Positions 10,970 to 21,089 of a stretch of DNA of 64,000 nucleotides are shown here, piece by piece. This DNA is from an uncultured Acidobacteriota bacterium. Its GTDB lineage: Bacteria > Acidobacteriota > Terriglobia > UBA7540. Position 1 is the first letter of the stretch. Each line of letters opens with the position of its first letter. The position numbers were made by a program, and so were the translations under genes. The stretch covers positions 1 through 64,000 of the forward strand of contig CAWDSK010000009.1 of NCBI GenBank assembly GCA_963804995.1. Reading direction: 5' to 3'. The notes under the pieces are model-generated. The model searched no databases, had not been told where the DNA came from, and saw only the letters and a list, made by a program, of their open reading frames with translations.

Positions 10970-11680
10970 TCACCCTCGCAAATCCGGAAGATCGAGCAGG
11001 ATCAACTCGGAATCCTTCGAGGCCTTGATGTTCAGTTCCGTTTCGTCTGCAATGCGCGCTTGATCGCCTGCCCCCAGCGGCGTGCCATTCACTGAAAGCT
11101 CCCCCTCGATGACAAAGAGGTACGCCTTGCGATGCGGCCGGCTCTGGTGCTTCACCTCGCCACCGGCCGGAAGCGCTGAAACATAAATCTGCGCGTCCTG
11201 ATCGATCGTAAGTGTACCGGCCAGTTCGCCGCTTGAAACCACGGGCAACAGTTTGCTTTGGCGCTCGGCAGGCATGAATTGATGTTGCTCCCACCGCGGC
11301 TTGAGCCCGCGTGTGCGCGGCAGTATCCAGAGTTGCAGCAGGTGCAGAGGGGTCTTCTGCGAGTGGTTGTATTCAGAGTGCAGAATGCCCGTACCCGCTG
11401 ACATCACTTGCACTTCGCCCGGGTGAATGACGCCACGATTTCCCGTGCTGTCCTGGTGCTCGAGCTCACCCGAGAGGACGTAGGTAACAATCTCCATGTC
11501 CCGGTGCGGGTGCATGCCAAAGCCCTGGCTGGGCTCGATCACGTCGTCGTTAAAGACTCGCAGCGCGCCCCAGTGGATGTTCGACGGGTCGTGGTAGCTG
11601 TCAAACGAGAAATGCCAGTGCGTGTCGAGCCAGCCGAAATTGTCATGATGGCGTTCGTTCGATTTGATGGTCCTGAGCAT
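10970..11680 (-). CDS. Pirin-family protein
   Basis: LRVFNDD, HPHRDMEIVTY, EHQDS and MSAGTGILHSE motifs; ATG 11680 with GGAGG RBS. Confidence 0.92.
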   Translation of the reverse strand: MLRTIKSNERHHDNFGWLDTHWHFSFDSYHDPSNIHWGALRVFNDDVIEPSQGFGMHPHRDMEIVTYVLSGELEHQDSTGNRGVIHPGEVQVMSAGTGILHSEYNHSQKTPLHLLQLWILPRTRGLKPRWEQHQFMPAERQSKLLPVVSSGELAGTLTIDQDAQIYVSALPAGGEVKHQSRPHRKAYLFVIEGELSVNGTPLGAGDQARIADETELNIKASKDSELILLDLPDLRG

Positions 11681-11784
11681 GCCATCCTCCTTGAATGTAG
11701 TTGGTGCGACGGCCGCGGTGTCAGGTGGCCGCGCTAGGTTATTGCCAGTGGCGGCGCTTGCCGCCCACGAAGTCCTGAACCCGA

Positions 11785-12408
11785 TTACGCCGGACGGGGT
11801 TGCGATTCCATTTCCAAAGCCAGCGGGGCGGGCCGGCCCCAGCTTCCGCTGTAGACGAAATCTGAAAGCGCCTTGCGATCCCGTCCCGCCTGGGCCGCTG
11901 GCGCTCCTTCCAGGTAACCCAAGGCCAGCACGGCCACCGGCTCGAAGCCCGCAGGAATGGCGAAAAGGTCGCGAGCTGCGCGCGCGTCGAAGCCTCCCAT
12001 CTGATGGATGTAGAGGTCGCGCGATGTCGCCTCGACCGCCAGGTTGGCCACCGCCTGGCCCAGGTCGTAAAGCGCGTGGCGATTGGGCTGGGGGATGTGA
12101 TTGAATTCGAGCTTGGCCACCGCCAGGACCAGAACCGGCGCCCGCTGCGCCCACTGGCGATTGGCGTCGACCAAAGTGCTCAAGAGCCGGTTGTAGCCTT
12201 CCGCGTCTTCCCGTGTGGCCACGAGGAAGGCCCAAGGCTGAGCGTTATAACTCGACGGCGCCCAACGTGCGGCCTCGAAGAGCCTCGCCAGCGTGGCGGG
12301 ATCGACGGGCCGTGCGGCGAAAGCGCGCGGGCTCCAACGACGGGCCAAAAGCTCATGGATTCCAAACCGTACGTCTTGCTTAGTGGTTGTACTTTTCGTA
12401 GCTTGCAT
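11785..12408 (-). CDS. Nitroreductase-family protein
   Basis: RRWSPRAF, APSSYNAQPW and HQMGGFD motifs. Confidence 0.92.
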   Translation of the reverse strand: MQATKSTTTKQDVRFGIHELLARRWSPRAFAARPVDPATLARLFEAARWAPSSYNAQPWAFLVATREDAEGYNRLLSTLVDANRQWAQRAPVLVLAVAKLEFNHIPQPNRHALYDLGQAVANLAVEATSRDLYIHQMGGFDARAARDLFAIPAGFEPVAVLALGYLEGAPAAQAGRDRKALSDFVYSGSWGRPAPLALEMESQPRPA

Positions 12409-12480
12409 GGTCCCTCCTGTTTCCCTTTCGGCAGCGGGATTTGATTCCCACTGGCCAGCGAATGGGTGGTTATAGGATAT

Positions 12481-12496
12481 TCGTTATAACAACTAT
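12481..12496. promoter_or_regulatory. Putative MarR operator upstream of nitroreductase-pirin
   Basis: tcgttataacaactat; GTTATAAC palindrome, also present (inverted) at 12989-13004. Confidence 0.6.
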
Positions 12497-12514
12497 TGGA
12501 TGCAAGAAAAGCGC

Positions 12515-12979
12515 TTAAGATTCACGGGCTACCTCTAAAAGCTCCACGAGCTTGCGGAGGTCGCGCTTGTCCATGTGGCTCAACAGTTTGCGGTTATACT
12601 CCGCCACGGGGCCATCCAGGTCCTTCAGAAGCTTCTGGCCGGCGGGGGTTATGCGCACGGTGATAACCCGGCGATCCTTACTGTCCCGGCTGCGGGTAAG
12701 CAAGCCACGCAGTTCCAACCGGTCGAGGAGGCGCGTGATATCAGGGTCGCGCGTGATCATGCGCTCCGCCACCTCGCGGCAGCAAAGGCCGTGTTCTCCC
12801 GCGCCGCGCAGGATGCGCATAACATTGTATTGGGTGCCCGAAAGCCCCGCGAGTTTCAGGATCTCTTCGAGCCCACGCGCCAGAGCATCGGAGGTGCGCA
12901 TCAGGTTCAGGAAGACTTCCGCTTCCAGGCTCGCGAAGGGCTTGTCCTGCTTGATCTCGTCCTGGAGCTTCCCTACCAT
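12515..12979 (-). CDS. MarR-family transcriptional regulator
   Basis: LSGTQYNVMRILRG, PDITRLLDRLE and DRRV winged-helix motifs. Confidence 0.92.
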   Translation of the reverse strand: MVGKLQDEIKQDKPFASLEAEVFLNLMRTSDALARGLEEILKLAGLSGTQYNVMRILRGAGEHGLCCREVAERMITRDPDITRLLDRLELRGLLTRSRDSKDRRVITVRITPAGQKLLKDLDGPVAEYNRKLLSHMDKRDLRKLVELLEVARES

Positions 12980-12985
12980 GTTGCA

Positions 12986-13014
12986 ACAATAGATGTTATA
13001 ACGATAATTGTCAA
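12986..13014 (-). promoter_or_regulatory. Sigma70-like promoter of marR overlapping the operator (probably leaderless)
   Basis: Minus strand TTGACA-N17-TATTGT, then 6 nt, then ATG; the spacer contains GTTATAAC. Confidence 0.6.
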
Positions 13015-13159
13015 CATAAATTGTTGCTGCGGACTCTTGCCCTCCTCTGTGCATCGAATCATGGGCCGGCCAGTAAACCCATTCATCCCGGTGCGCAAAT
13101 AATTATGGATTGCCTCGCTCGAAGGGCTGCCCTATAGTCTGGGGCGAGGAGAAATTCCA

Positions 13160-14665
13160 ATGGGTAGGGGAATGGACAATGCCTGGGAGCGTTGGGGAAG
13201 GTTTCTGATCATGGCGGCGATTGTCTCTTTAGCAGGCTCACGAACTGGTGCGCTCAGTTGCGACACTTGGGTGGCGTTGCCCGACGCGACGGCTGACCAT
13301 TCCGTGATCCTGGCCAAGAACAGTGACCGCCCGCCGATGGAGGCTCAGGTTCTGGTCCAATTTCCTCATCTGCGTCATGCGCCGGGCGCGAGGGTGAAGT
13401 GCACTTACATTGAAATTCCCCAGGCCGCCGAGACTTACGAGCACATTGGTTCCAAGCTTTGGTGGGCATATGGGTACGAGGAAGGATTGAATGAGTATGG
13501 CGTAGCGATCGGCAACGAGGCGGTGTTTTCAAAAGAGCCCGTGCAGTGGGGCGACGGCCTTTTGGGTATGGACCTTCTGCGGCTGGGACTCGAGCGCGGC
13601 AAAACGGCTTACGAAGCCATGCACGTGATGATCGACTTGCTCGAAAAGTATGGCCAGAGCGGCGATTGCGAGCGCGCGGGCGATTGGGGCAAGGCGAATT
13701 ACCACAACAGCTACATCCTTGCCGACCCGCACGAAGCCTGGGTGCTTGAGACCGCGGGCCGCTACTGGGCAGCCAAGCGCATTACCCACGGGGTCTTTTC
13801 CATTTCCAACATTTATTTGATCGAGCGCGACTGGGACGAGGCGCATCCGCGGCTGGTTGAGCATGCCATCGAGGCGGGCTACACCAAGTCAGCGAAAGAC
13901 TTCAACTTTGCGCGCGACTACGGCGATTACTGGCGGAAAGAATCCAAGAACCCCGGAAACATGCAAATTCGCCGCAACATGACGATGTCCTGCCTGCGCC
14001 GGGACTTTACCCACGTGACTCCCGCCAGCATGATCGCGATCAGCCGCAGCCATTTGGAGGGAACCTTCGTCGAGCCGCGCTGGGGGGCGCCGGAAGCCTT
14101 CTGGCCCACGCCCTGCATGCATGACACACCCCAATCGGGCTACCATTCCGCCGCGTCTTTCGTCGTGCAACTGCGCGCGGAGATGCCTCCGCTACTGCGC
14201 CAGGTTTACTGGGCGAGTTTTTCCAATCCTTGCTGCAACATCTTCAAACCCTTTTACCTGCATGGACCCGCGATTCCCGCGCCTTACGCGATCGGCACCA
14301 GCACATATTCCGCCGACTCCCCCTGGTGGTGGGCCAACCGCTTGAAGTTGCTCTGCGACCTCAATTACCGCACCTTGAATCCGACGGTCCGAGGCGTGTT
14401 CGATCAAACCGAACGGTGGGAAATGGATCGGCAAGAGCGCGTGGAAGCCGAAGCCCTGAGACAGATCAAGGCAGGCAACGAATCCGATGCGGTCGCGCTT
14501 CTGCAACAGTTCATCAATGAGAACTGTGAGCGGGTGGGGAAAGAATATCGAATGCTGAACCAGACCTTGCCGGAAACGCTTTCCACCGTCGGCGTGAACT
14601 TCCTGTATAAGGACTACCTGAAGGATTGGACTTCCCAGAAAGGCGTGCCCCTGCCCCTCGATTAA
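13160..14665 (+). CDS. Peptidase C69 (dipeptidase/secernin-like), exported
   Basis: Signal peptide then SCDT nucleophile; AKNSDR, GLNEYGVAIGNE and LLGMDLLRLGLER motifs. Confidence 0.88.
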   Translation: MGRGMDNAWERWGRFLIMAAIVSLAGSRTGALSCDTWVALPDATADHSVILAKNSDRPPMEAQVLVQFPHLRHAPGARVKCTYIEIPQAAETYEHIGSKLWWAYGYEEGLNEYGVAIGNEAVFSKEPVQWGDGLLGMDLLRLGLERGKTAYEAMHVMIDLLEKYGQSGDCERAGDWGKANYHNSYILADPHEAWVLETAGRYWAAKRITHGVFSISNIYLIERDWDEAHPRLVEHAIEAGYTKSAKDFNFARDYGDYWRKESKNPGNMQIRRNMTMSCLRRDFTHVTPASMIAISRSHLEGTFVEPRWGAPEAFWPTPCMHDTPQSGYHSAASFVVQLRAEMPPLLRQVYWASFSNPCCNIFKPFYLHGPAIPAPYAIGTSTYSADSPWWWANRLKLLCDLNYRTLNPTVRGVFDQTERWEMDRQERVEAEALRQIKAGNESDAVALLQQFINENCERVGKEYRMLNQTLPETLSTVGVNFLYKDYLKDWTSQKGVPLPLD

Positions 14666-15699
14666 TTCAAGAAATAATTGCGATAGAGCGTATCGCGTTT
14701 GATGGGGCGGAAGCCGGCGTCCGCAATCATGCGGCGGAGCTGCTCTTCGCTGGAGGTGCGGGTGACGCCCGCGGCACGCACCACGTTTTCCTCGATCAGA
14801 ATTGATCCCACGTCATTGCCGCCGAAGCGCAGGGCAATTTGGCAAATCTTGTGGCCGGGCGTAAGCCAGGAAGCCTGGATATTGGGGATGTTATCCAGGT
14901 AGATGCGTGCGACCGCTAGCGTCTTGAGATAATCCACGGCCGTCACCTCTTCCTTGATGAAGTTACCAAGCGAGGTATAGGCGCGCTGGAAGAACCAGGG
15001 GATGAAAGCGGTGAAGCCGCCGGTCTCTTCCTGCAATTGACGGACGCGCTCGAAGTGGTTAACGCGATGCTCAAGCGTTTCGCCGCAGCCAAACATCATG
15101 GTGGCGGTGGTCCGCATGCCGAGCGCATGCGCCGTGCGATGCATGAGCAGCCATTCTTCGGTCGTGCATTTCAGGCGCGCAATGCGGCGGCGAACTTCGT
15201 CATCAAGGATCTCCGCCCCGCCGCCGGGAATGGAATCGAGACCCGCGTCCATCAGCCGCACAATCGTGTCGCGCAGGGAGAGCCCGGAAACTTCCGCGAT
15301 GTTCAGAACCTCCGGTGCGGAAAAGCAGTGCAGGTGAATCTGCGGGAAACGCCGCTTGATGTTGCGGAGCAGGTCTTCGTAATAATCAATCTTGAGGTCC
15401 GGGTGCAGTCCCCCCTGCATCAGAACGCCCGTGCCGCCCAGGGCAATCGTCTTCTCGATCTTCTGATAAATGGAGTCGAGCGGCTGGATGTAACCTTCCG
15501 GCGAGCCGACGGGGCGATAGAAGGCGCAGAAAGAACAATACTCCGTGCAAATGTTCGTATAGTTAACGTTGCGGTCGACCTGATAAGTGACCACGTTGCC
15601 GGGGTGCAGACGCTTGCGGACGGCGTCTGCCTCCATGCCGAGACCCAGCAGGTCATCTGAGCGCAACATATCGCAAGCCTGGGCAGGAGTTAACGCCAT
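14662..15699 (-). CDS. mqnC: Cyclic dehypoxanthine futalosine synthase (radical SAM)
   Basis: RNVNYTNICTEYCSFCAF, QGGLHP and PGGGAEIL motifs; adjacent to mqnA. Confidence 0.88.
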   Translation of the reverse strand: MALTPAQACDMLRSDDLLGLGMEADAVRKRLHPGNVVTYQVDRNVNYTNICTEYCSFCAFYRPVGSPEGYIQPLDSIYQKIEKTIALGGTGVLMQGGLHPDLKIDYYEDLLRNIKRRFPQIHLHCFSAPEVLNIAEVSGLSLRDTIVRLMDAGLDSIPGGGAEILDDEVRRRIARLKCTTEEWLLMHRTAHALGMRTTATMMFGCGETLEHRVNHFERVRQLQEETGGFTAFIPWFFQRAYTSLGNFIKEEVTAVDYLKTLAVARIYLDNIPNIQASWLTPGHKICQIALRFGGNDVGSILIEENVVRAAGVTRTSSEEQLRRMIADAGFRPIKRDTLYRNYFLN

Positions 15700-15765
15700 A
15701 AGAAGAGCATTCCTCGACAGGAGGGACCGGGGATGCGCATCTGCAGGGAGCCTTGGCCGGAGGAC

Positions 15766-16557
15766 TCAGGCAAAATACAAATCTCTCTCCACAGGAATGA
15801 TGCCCGCCTCATGAGCCAGTTTGTAAAACAGCCGCAAGCCCTGACGATTCTCCTCGTCTAAAGAATAATTCACATTTTGGGTCAAGTAAACCTTGATGGC
15901 AGCGGGCTGCATGCCAAGCTTGGGCGCGTATTCCGCCGCAATGTCGTCAAGGTGGGCGAGCCCGAACTCCAGCGAAGCTGCGAATTCCGCGTGGTGTTTG
16001 GTGAGGTTAAGGTCGTCGTGGCCCACCCAGAGCGCGAAAACAAATGGGAGGCCGGTGAAGCGCTTCCATTCGGCCGCAAGGTCATAGACCTCCGCGACCT
16101 GACCGGTGTAGGTAAGCGCCGCGTCGCCAATAAGGAGCGCTGCATCGGCGCGGGCCAACATGATGTCGGGACGCGGGGCCAGCGGCGTAACCGTAATCCA
16201 CTTGGAATAGAACTTACGCATCAGAATCCGCAATAGCGCCGCAGAGGTCCGCGAGGAATTGTCTGTCGCCACGGTCTGGATCTTGGCGATCGGAACCTTA
16301 CTGAGCAGCAGCACGCTTTTCACTTCGTTCTTGGCAGCGATAGACATGCCGGTGAGGATTTGCGCCCGCTCGAGCCGTTGGTATTCAATGGAGGGAATGA
16401 TGCCGACGTCCGCCTTGCGCTGGTGAACCGCATCCGCGCAGTTGGCCGGCGTGGCGAATTGGAGATCGAACTTGCCTTGCTGCTCACCGTGCAACATGCC
16501 CCAGATCAGCGGCACTGTGTTGAGATACTGAACGACGGAAAGCTTGAGTCCCGGCAT
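15766..16557 (-). CDS. mqnA: Chorismate dehydratase (futalosine pathway)
   Basis: YLNTVPL, SSRTS, LLIGD.AL and DLAAEW...TGLPFVFALW motifs. Confidence 0.9.
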   Translation of the reverse strand: MPGLKLSVVQYLNTVPLIWGMLHGEQQGKFDLQFATPANCADAVHQRKADVGIIPSIEYQRLERAQILTGMSIAAKNEVKSVLLLSKVPIAKIQTVATDNSSRTSAALLRILMRKFYSKWITVTPLAPRPDIMLARADAALLIGDAALTYTGQVAEVYDLAAEWKRFTGLPFVFALWVGHDDLNLTKHHAEFAASLEFGLAHLDDIAAEYAPKLGMQPAAIKVYLTQNVNYSLDEENRQGLRLFYKLAHEAGIIPVERDLYFA

Positions 16558-16629
16558 GGTTGTTTTGATAACCTTCAGCTCATTCTATCTCAGTTGGACG
16601 GGTTGTCAATTGGCGGGGGAGAATCAGGT

Positions 16630-17785
16630 TCACTTCGCAGGCGCGGCGGCCTGCTGGATCGCTTGGATTACTTCTTCGCTCCCACCGGCGGCGCGGATGT
16701 CATTGAAGTCCCCAGAAGTCGGTGCGAACTTGATGCCGCGCTCCTTGATGAGTTCCGCCACACGCGGGTTGGGGACCCCACCCTGTAGCAAGGAAATAAT
16801 CTCTTCCTTGCCCAATGCATGCGGATTTGGCGGAGTTGCCTTGGGGGTGAAGTGGGCTACAAAATGGAAGTTGGATTTTGACTGGGCAGCGCTTGTGGCA
16901 ACGATCTCGAAGGGATTATCGCCGGGCTTGAGGGTGAGGGGATCAGACCAGAACTCTGCGACGTCCGCGCCCTTGGGCCGCAGCGCTGCGGGGGCGCCGT
17001 TGATCGTTATGGTGGGGAGACCCGAGTTACTCATGGCTACGCCGCGAATAGTGAGCGGTGATTCATTAAGCTCGACCGTCTGGTTCTCGCCCACCCCGGA
17101 AGGGGCCATGACCACGACCGTCGGCGGAGGGGGCGGTGGCGTAGGATTGACCACAGGCACAACGGGGGGTTGCGTTACAACGGGCGGTGGCGCAACAGGT
17201 CGCTGCTTGGCCTTGACCTCCGCCACGACCCCGTCAAAATTCTGCAGCGCCTGCACGATCATGGGGGAGTAAAAGGCATCCGACTTGGCGATGCTATTGA
17301 CAGACGTGTCTGCTGAATCCGCGGCATCCCAGTGGTTTTGCGGTGAGTAACTGAAGAAATGCCTCAGCTTATTTGATCGGAACTGGGCGGCGCCGAATTC
17401 CATCTGCAAGTCGGTGATTTCTGCCCGGCTGACGTCAAATCCTGAATCCGCTTCCTTGGTGATCCGCGACGGTCTGATCATGATATACCGCACGGCCCCG
17501 CGGCTGATTTCAAGCCAGCCGTAGGACGCCCTGATCCGCGGCTTGATCAACGTCCAGTTAAGACTGGAGTGGCCAACCGGAAGGCGCAGGGTGGGATTAG
17601 TATCGGCACTGAGCAGTTGAAGATCATCAGGAATAGCCGTGGGCCCCTGTGGCGGCGCCGGTAGCGCTGCGGCGCGCCTCTGCGGCGGAGACAAGGCTCG
17701 AGCCCGGCGCAACCGCAACACAACCTATCCCTATCGTAAGGGCCACCAAGAAACCGATGTATTTTGAGGGTCTTTCTCGTGCCAT
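16630..17785 (-). CDS. Exported protein, tandem paralog 1 (frameshift near 17685)
   Basis: Signal peptide MARERPSKYIGFLVALTIGIG... from ATG 17785 in another frame; body homologous to the three upstream paralogs. Confidence 0.75.
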
Positions 17786-17933
17786 TTTGCAAGGTTCTCA
17801 GACCATTGGATTCTTTGGAAATATCGAGGTGCGCACCCGCGAGATGATTTCGCTGTCGCGCGAGAGGGCGAAACCGCAAGCGGGCGTCCCACGCCGAAAT
17901 TGCTCTTGAAGGGCGACTCAACCCGGCGCTCCG

Positions 17934-19085
17934 CTAGGGGTGTGCCGCAGCCTGCTGGATCGCCTGGATCAGCTCATCGGTTCCGCCCTCAGTACGAATT
18001 TCATTCAGATCGTCAGCCGTGGGCGAAAACTTGATGCCGCGTTCATGGATAAGTTCCACCATTCGAGCGCTGGGGACTCCACCCTGAAGCAAGGAGATGA
18101 TCTCCTGTTTGTCCAGGGCTCGTGAATTGACGGGCGCGGCCTTGGGTGTGTAATGAACGGAGAATACGAGGCTCGCCTGCGCGTGCGCCGAATTGGAGGC
18201 CGTAATCTGGATGCGGTTACCTCCCGGCTGAAGGGGCAGCGGGTCCGACCAGAATTCGGCTGCCTGCGGGGTCTGGGGCCGCATATTGACGGCCGCCCCG
18301 TTAATAGTGACGACAGGAATACCGGTGCTGTCCATGGCCACCCCGCGGACGACCAAGGGGGTGTCATCGGTCTCGACGACCTGATTTGCCGCGGCGCCTG
18401 AGGGGGCCGAAAGCACGATCGCCGGCGGAGCCGTGGGGGCGGCAGGCTTGGGCTGCGGCGGTGGGCTTGCGACAGTTTGCACTACGACCGGTGGAGGGGG
18501 AGGAGCAGGGGGCTTTACCAGCGCGAGCACACCATCAAAATTCAACAGCGTCTTATAAATCGACTGCGTGCCCAGCTTTTCGCGGCCCGCAGCCATCTGG
18601 GACCCTGGAGCCGTGTGAATTGATCCCCAGCGATTTTGGGGAAGGTAGATAATCATCTCCCTCTTCTTGCCACTCTTGAACATCAAGAGATTATGGGAGA
18701 ACTTGAGTTCATTGATGTCAAATCGGGAAGCCTCAAACTCGTTCTTGGCTTTGCTCTGGGGTTGCACAACTTCATAACGAATAGAACTTCGGGTGATATC
18801 AAGCCAGCCGTAAGTAATGCTGAAGACCGACCCTGGCATACTTGTGATGGGGAAGCGAAGAGTGGGATCGGTGTCGCCATTCAAAAGTTGTGGGCGGATA
18901 ATATTACTCAAGTCCGATTGGGGGGTTCCCTTGGAGCCTCTGCGGGTAGCCCCCTTCTGCGCGGCTGCAGCCGAAGCCATAATGAGGATGATGAATAGAA
19001 TAAAAGCAGAGTGGCCTATATGCCAAGCTTTAGCATTCGGGCTCATCGGAGCGAAGCCTCCAATGTCTTCCAGATCAGGCGCCAT
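17934..19085 (-). CDS. Exported protein, tandem paralog 2
   Basis: Signal peptide, PQLLNGDTDPTLRFPI, Pro linker, EFWSDPLPLQPG Ig-like domain, helical C-domain. Confidence 0.85.
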   Translation of the reverse strand: MAPDLEDIGGFAPMSPNAKAWHIGHSAFILFIILIMASAAAAQKGATRRGSKGTPQSDLSNIIRPQLLNGDTDPTLRFPITSMPGSVFSITYGWLDITRSSIRYEVVQPQSKAKNEFEASRFDINELKFSHNLLMFKSGKKREMIIYLPQNRWGSIHTAPGSQMAAGREKLGTQSIYKTLLNFDGVLALVKPPAPPPPPVVVQTVASPPPQPKPAAPTAPPAIVLSAPSGAAANQVVETDDTPLVVRGVAMDSTGIPVVTINGAAVNMRPQTPQAAEFWSDPLPLQPGGNRIQITASNSAHAQASLVFSVHYTPKAAPVNSRALDKQEIISLLQGGVPSARMVELIHERGIKFSPTADDLNEIRTEGGTDELIQAIQQAAAHP

Positions 19086-19353
19086 CGATTCAACTCCCTG
19101 TACAGATTATCGGCTGTTGAGAAGTGAAATCTTATCTTTTAATTTCCTTAACGAACGCACAGCCGACCTTTTCCAGACCAAGCTGGCCGTTGTTATTCTA
19201 CCCCTGGCGGAGAGTTTCAACCAGCTTGTAGGCTGCTGGCGCCGTGGGCGCGTTGGGGGTCGTGTCGCCGGGTGGGCGCCAAATGCTTAAGGTGAGTACC
19301 AAGAGCGATCCGGATGAGGAGGCGTCCGGCTTGTCACGGGTCACTCAATTTCC

Positions 19354-19408
19354 CTCATGCTCAGCGTCGAACCCACCGATAACCGATACGGGGAAGTGCG
19401 TCGCGGCG
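19354..19408 (-). repeat. Isolated copy of the TCGGTTATCGGTGGGTT-N11-ATGAG motif
   Basis: Reverse complement matches array unit 1 at 47651-47735, including its downstream sequence. Confidence 0.85.
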
Positions 19409-19555
19409 GAGGCGGGGCACTGGTTTGGGGATCGGGCCATCGCGCCATCGGGCCATGCCGTAATTGAATAGCCCTCTCCGAGGGGAGTCCAACGTTTGGA
19501 CCCCGATGGGCACATGGTCACGAAGGATCTGCGCGGCGACACCATGGCTACCCGC

Positions 19556-20665
19556 TCACTTGGGTGGGGCGGCCGCCTGCTCGATGGCCTGGATCAGTTC
19601 ATCGCTTCCACCCTCCGCACGAAGGACTTTCAGATCGTCAGCCGTGGGTGAGAATTTTAGGCCACGCTCTTTGACGAGCTCCACGATTCGCGCGTTTGCG
19701 ACTCCGCCGTGGAGCAAGGCAAGGATCTCCTCTTTACCCAATGCCCGAGGATTTGGCGGCCCCGTTTTGGGCGTGTAATGAACAGTGAAGATGAGCTTCG
19801 CCTCTCCTCGCGCCGAGTCAGAAGCGCTAATCTGGAAAGGGTTATTCCCAGGCTGAAGCGGCAGTGGGTCTGACCAGAATTCCGTCGCTTGCGTATTCTG
19901 TGGCCGCATGTTGGCCGCCATTCCATTAACGGTCACCACCGGGATGCCGGCGCTGTCCATGGCCACACCCCGAACGACCAGAGGCGACTCATTCAGCTCC
20001 ACGACCTGGTCCGGCCGCGCACCGGCGGGCATGGCCAGCACAATCACGGGGGGAGAGGAGGGCGTGGCAGGCTGGGGCAGAGGGGGTGGGCTTGCGATGG
20101 GTTGTGCCACGACAGTCTGGGGCGGAGGAGTGGCAGCCTTCACCTGGGCCAACACACTGTCGAAATTTGATAGGGCGTTATAAATCGATCCTGTTCCCCG
20201 CTCCCCCAGGCTGGCGGCGTCCCAAAACGCGGGACCAGTGCGGACGCTTCCCCAGCGTTCTTCATCGAGGTAAAAGATCGTGTGTTTTTTTGCCCCCAGG
20301 CGAAACTTGATGCAGTTCTGGGATATCTTCATCTCGCTGACTTCCCCCGCGGTAGCGTCGAATGCTTCGTCCAGCTTCCCAGGGGGTTGGACCACCTGAA
20401 AGTGGATACCCGCATGCGAAATATCAAGCCATCCATAGACCATACTGGCATACAACATGCCGGCAAAGCTCGCAATGGGGTAGCGCAAGGTGGGGTTGGT
20501 ATCGGCATTCAGGAGCTGCGGTCCGATGCTGTCGACCGTGTCGGTAATGGTTTTCCCCGGGCGCTTCGAAGCACGTTGGGCTACCGCTACAGAAGCAAGG
20601 CAGATGATTAAGGATAGGAAAAGAACTTTACGGCTCAATCGAAATCCCCCGCGATTCAGACTCAT
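19556..20665 (-). CDS. Exported protein, tandem paralog 3
   Basis: Same architecture; PQLLNADTNPTLRYPI. Confidence 0.85.
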   Translation of the reverse strand: MSLNRGGFRLSRKVLFLSLIICLASVAVAQRASKRPGKTITDTVDSIGPQLLNADTNPTLRYPIASFAGMLYASMVYGWLDISHAGIHFQVVQPPGKLDEAFDATAGEVSEMKISQNCIKFRLGAKKHTIFYLDEERWGSVRTGPAFWDAASLGERGTGSIYNALSNFDSVLAQVKAATPPPQTVVAQPIASPPPLPQPATPSSPPVIVLAMPAGARPDQVVELNESPLVVRGVAMDSAGIPVVTVNGMAANMRPQNTQATEFWSDPLPLQPGNNPFQISASDSARGEAKLIFTVHYTPKTGPPNPRALGKEEILALLHGGVANARIVELVKERGLKFSPTADDLKVLRAEGGSDELIQAIEQAAAPPK

Positions 20666-20848
20666 CGGAGATTAACCTCTGCTTTCTTCCGACTCGAACC
20701 CTTATGGTTTGGCGACAACTCAGCCATCAGTCGCTGGCCATTCTTCCTCCAAGGGGACAAGAGTTTCAACCATTTTATAAGCTACTGCCGCATCGGTCAC
20801 CTTCTCGCTATTACTGACACAGGCATCACCCGCTCCGCCGTGAGGATG

Positions 20849-21065
20849 CTAGCGTGGTGTCCCGGTTAATATTTGACAAGGCTGTCCGACCCCCTCACCC
20901 CCCCCCCAGCCCCTCTGTCGCCGCGGCGACCGAGGGGAGAGTTAATTTTCTTGCCCTCGCCCCTTTGGGGGAGAGGGTGGCTGGCCGAGGCGTTCTCATC
21001 AGCCGAGGCCAGACGGGTGAGGGGGTTCTACCCATTGTCAACTCTAACGCGGGACACCACACTAG
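20849..21065. mobile_element. MITE-like element with CTAG ends and CCCTC core
   Basis: ctagcgtggtgtcccggttaatatttgacaa versus right reverse complement ctagtgtggtgtcccgcgttagagttgacaa. Confidence 0.65.
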
Positions 21066-21089
21066 CACCGTTCCAGGGGCAGGGTACAC

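Noticed and set aside
11681..12235. Long N-terminal extension of the pirin ORF
   Set aside because: Overlaps the nitroreductase in another frame; the real start with RBS is at 11680.
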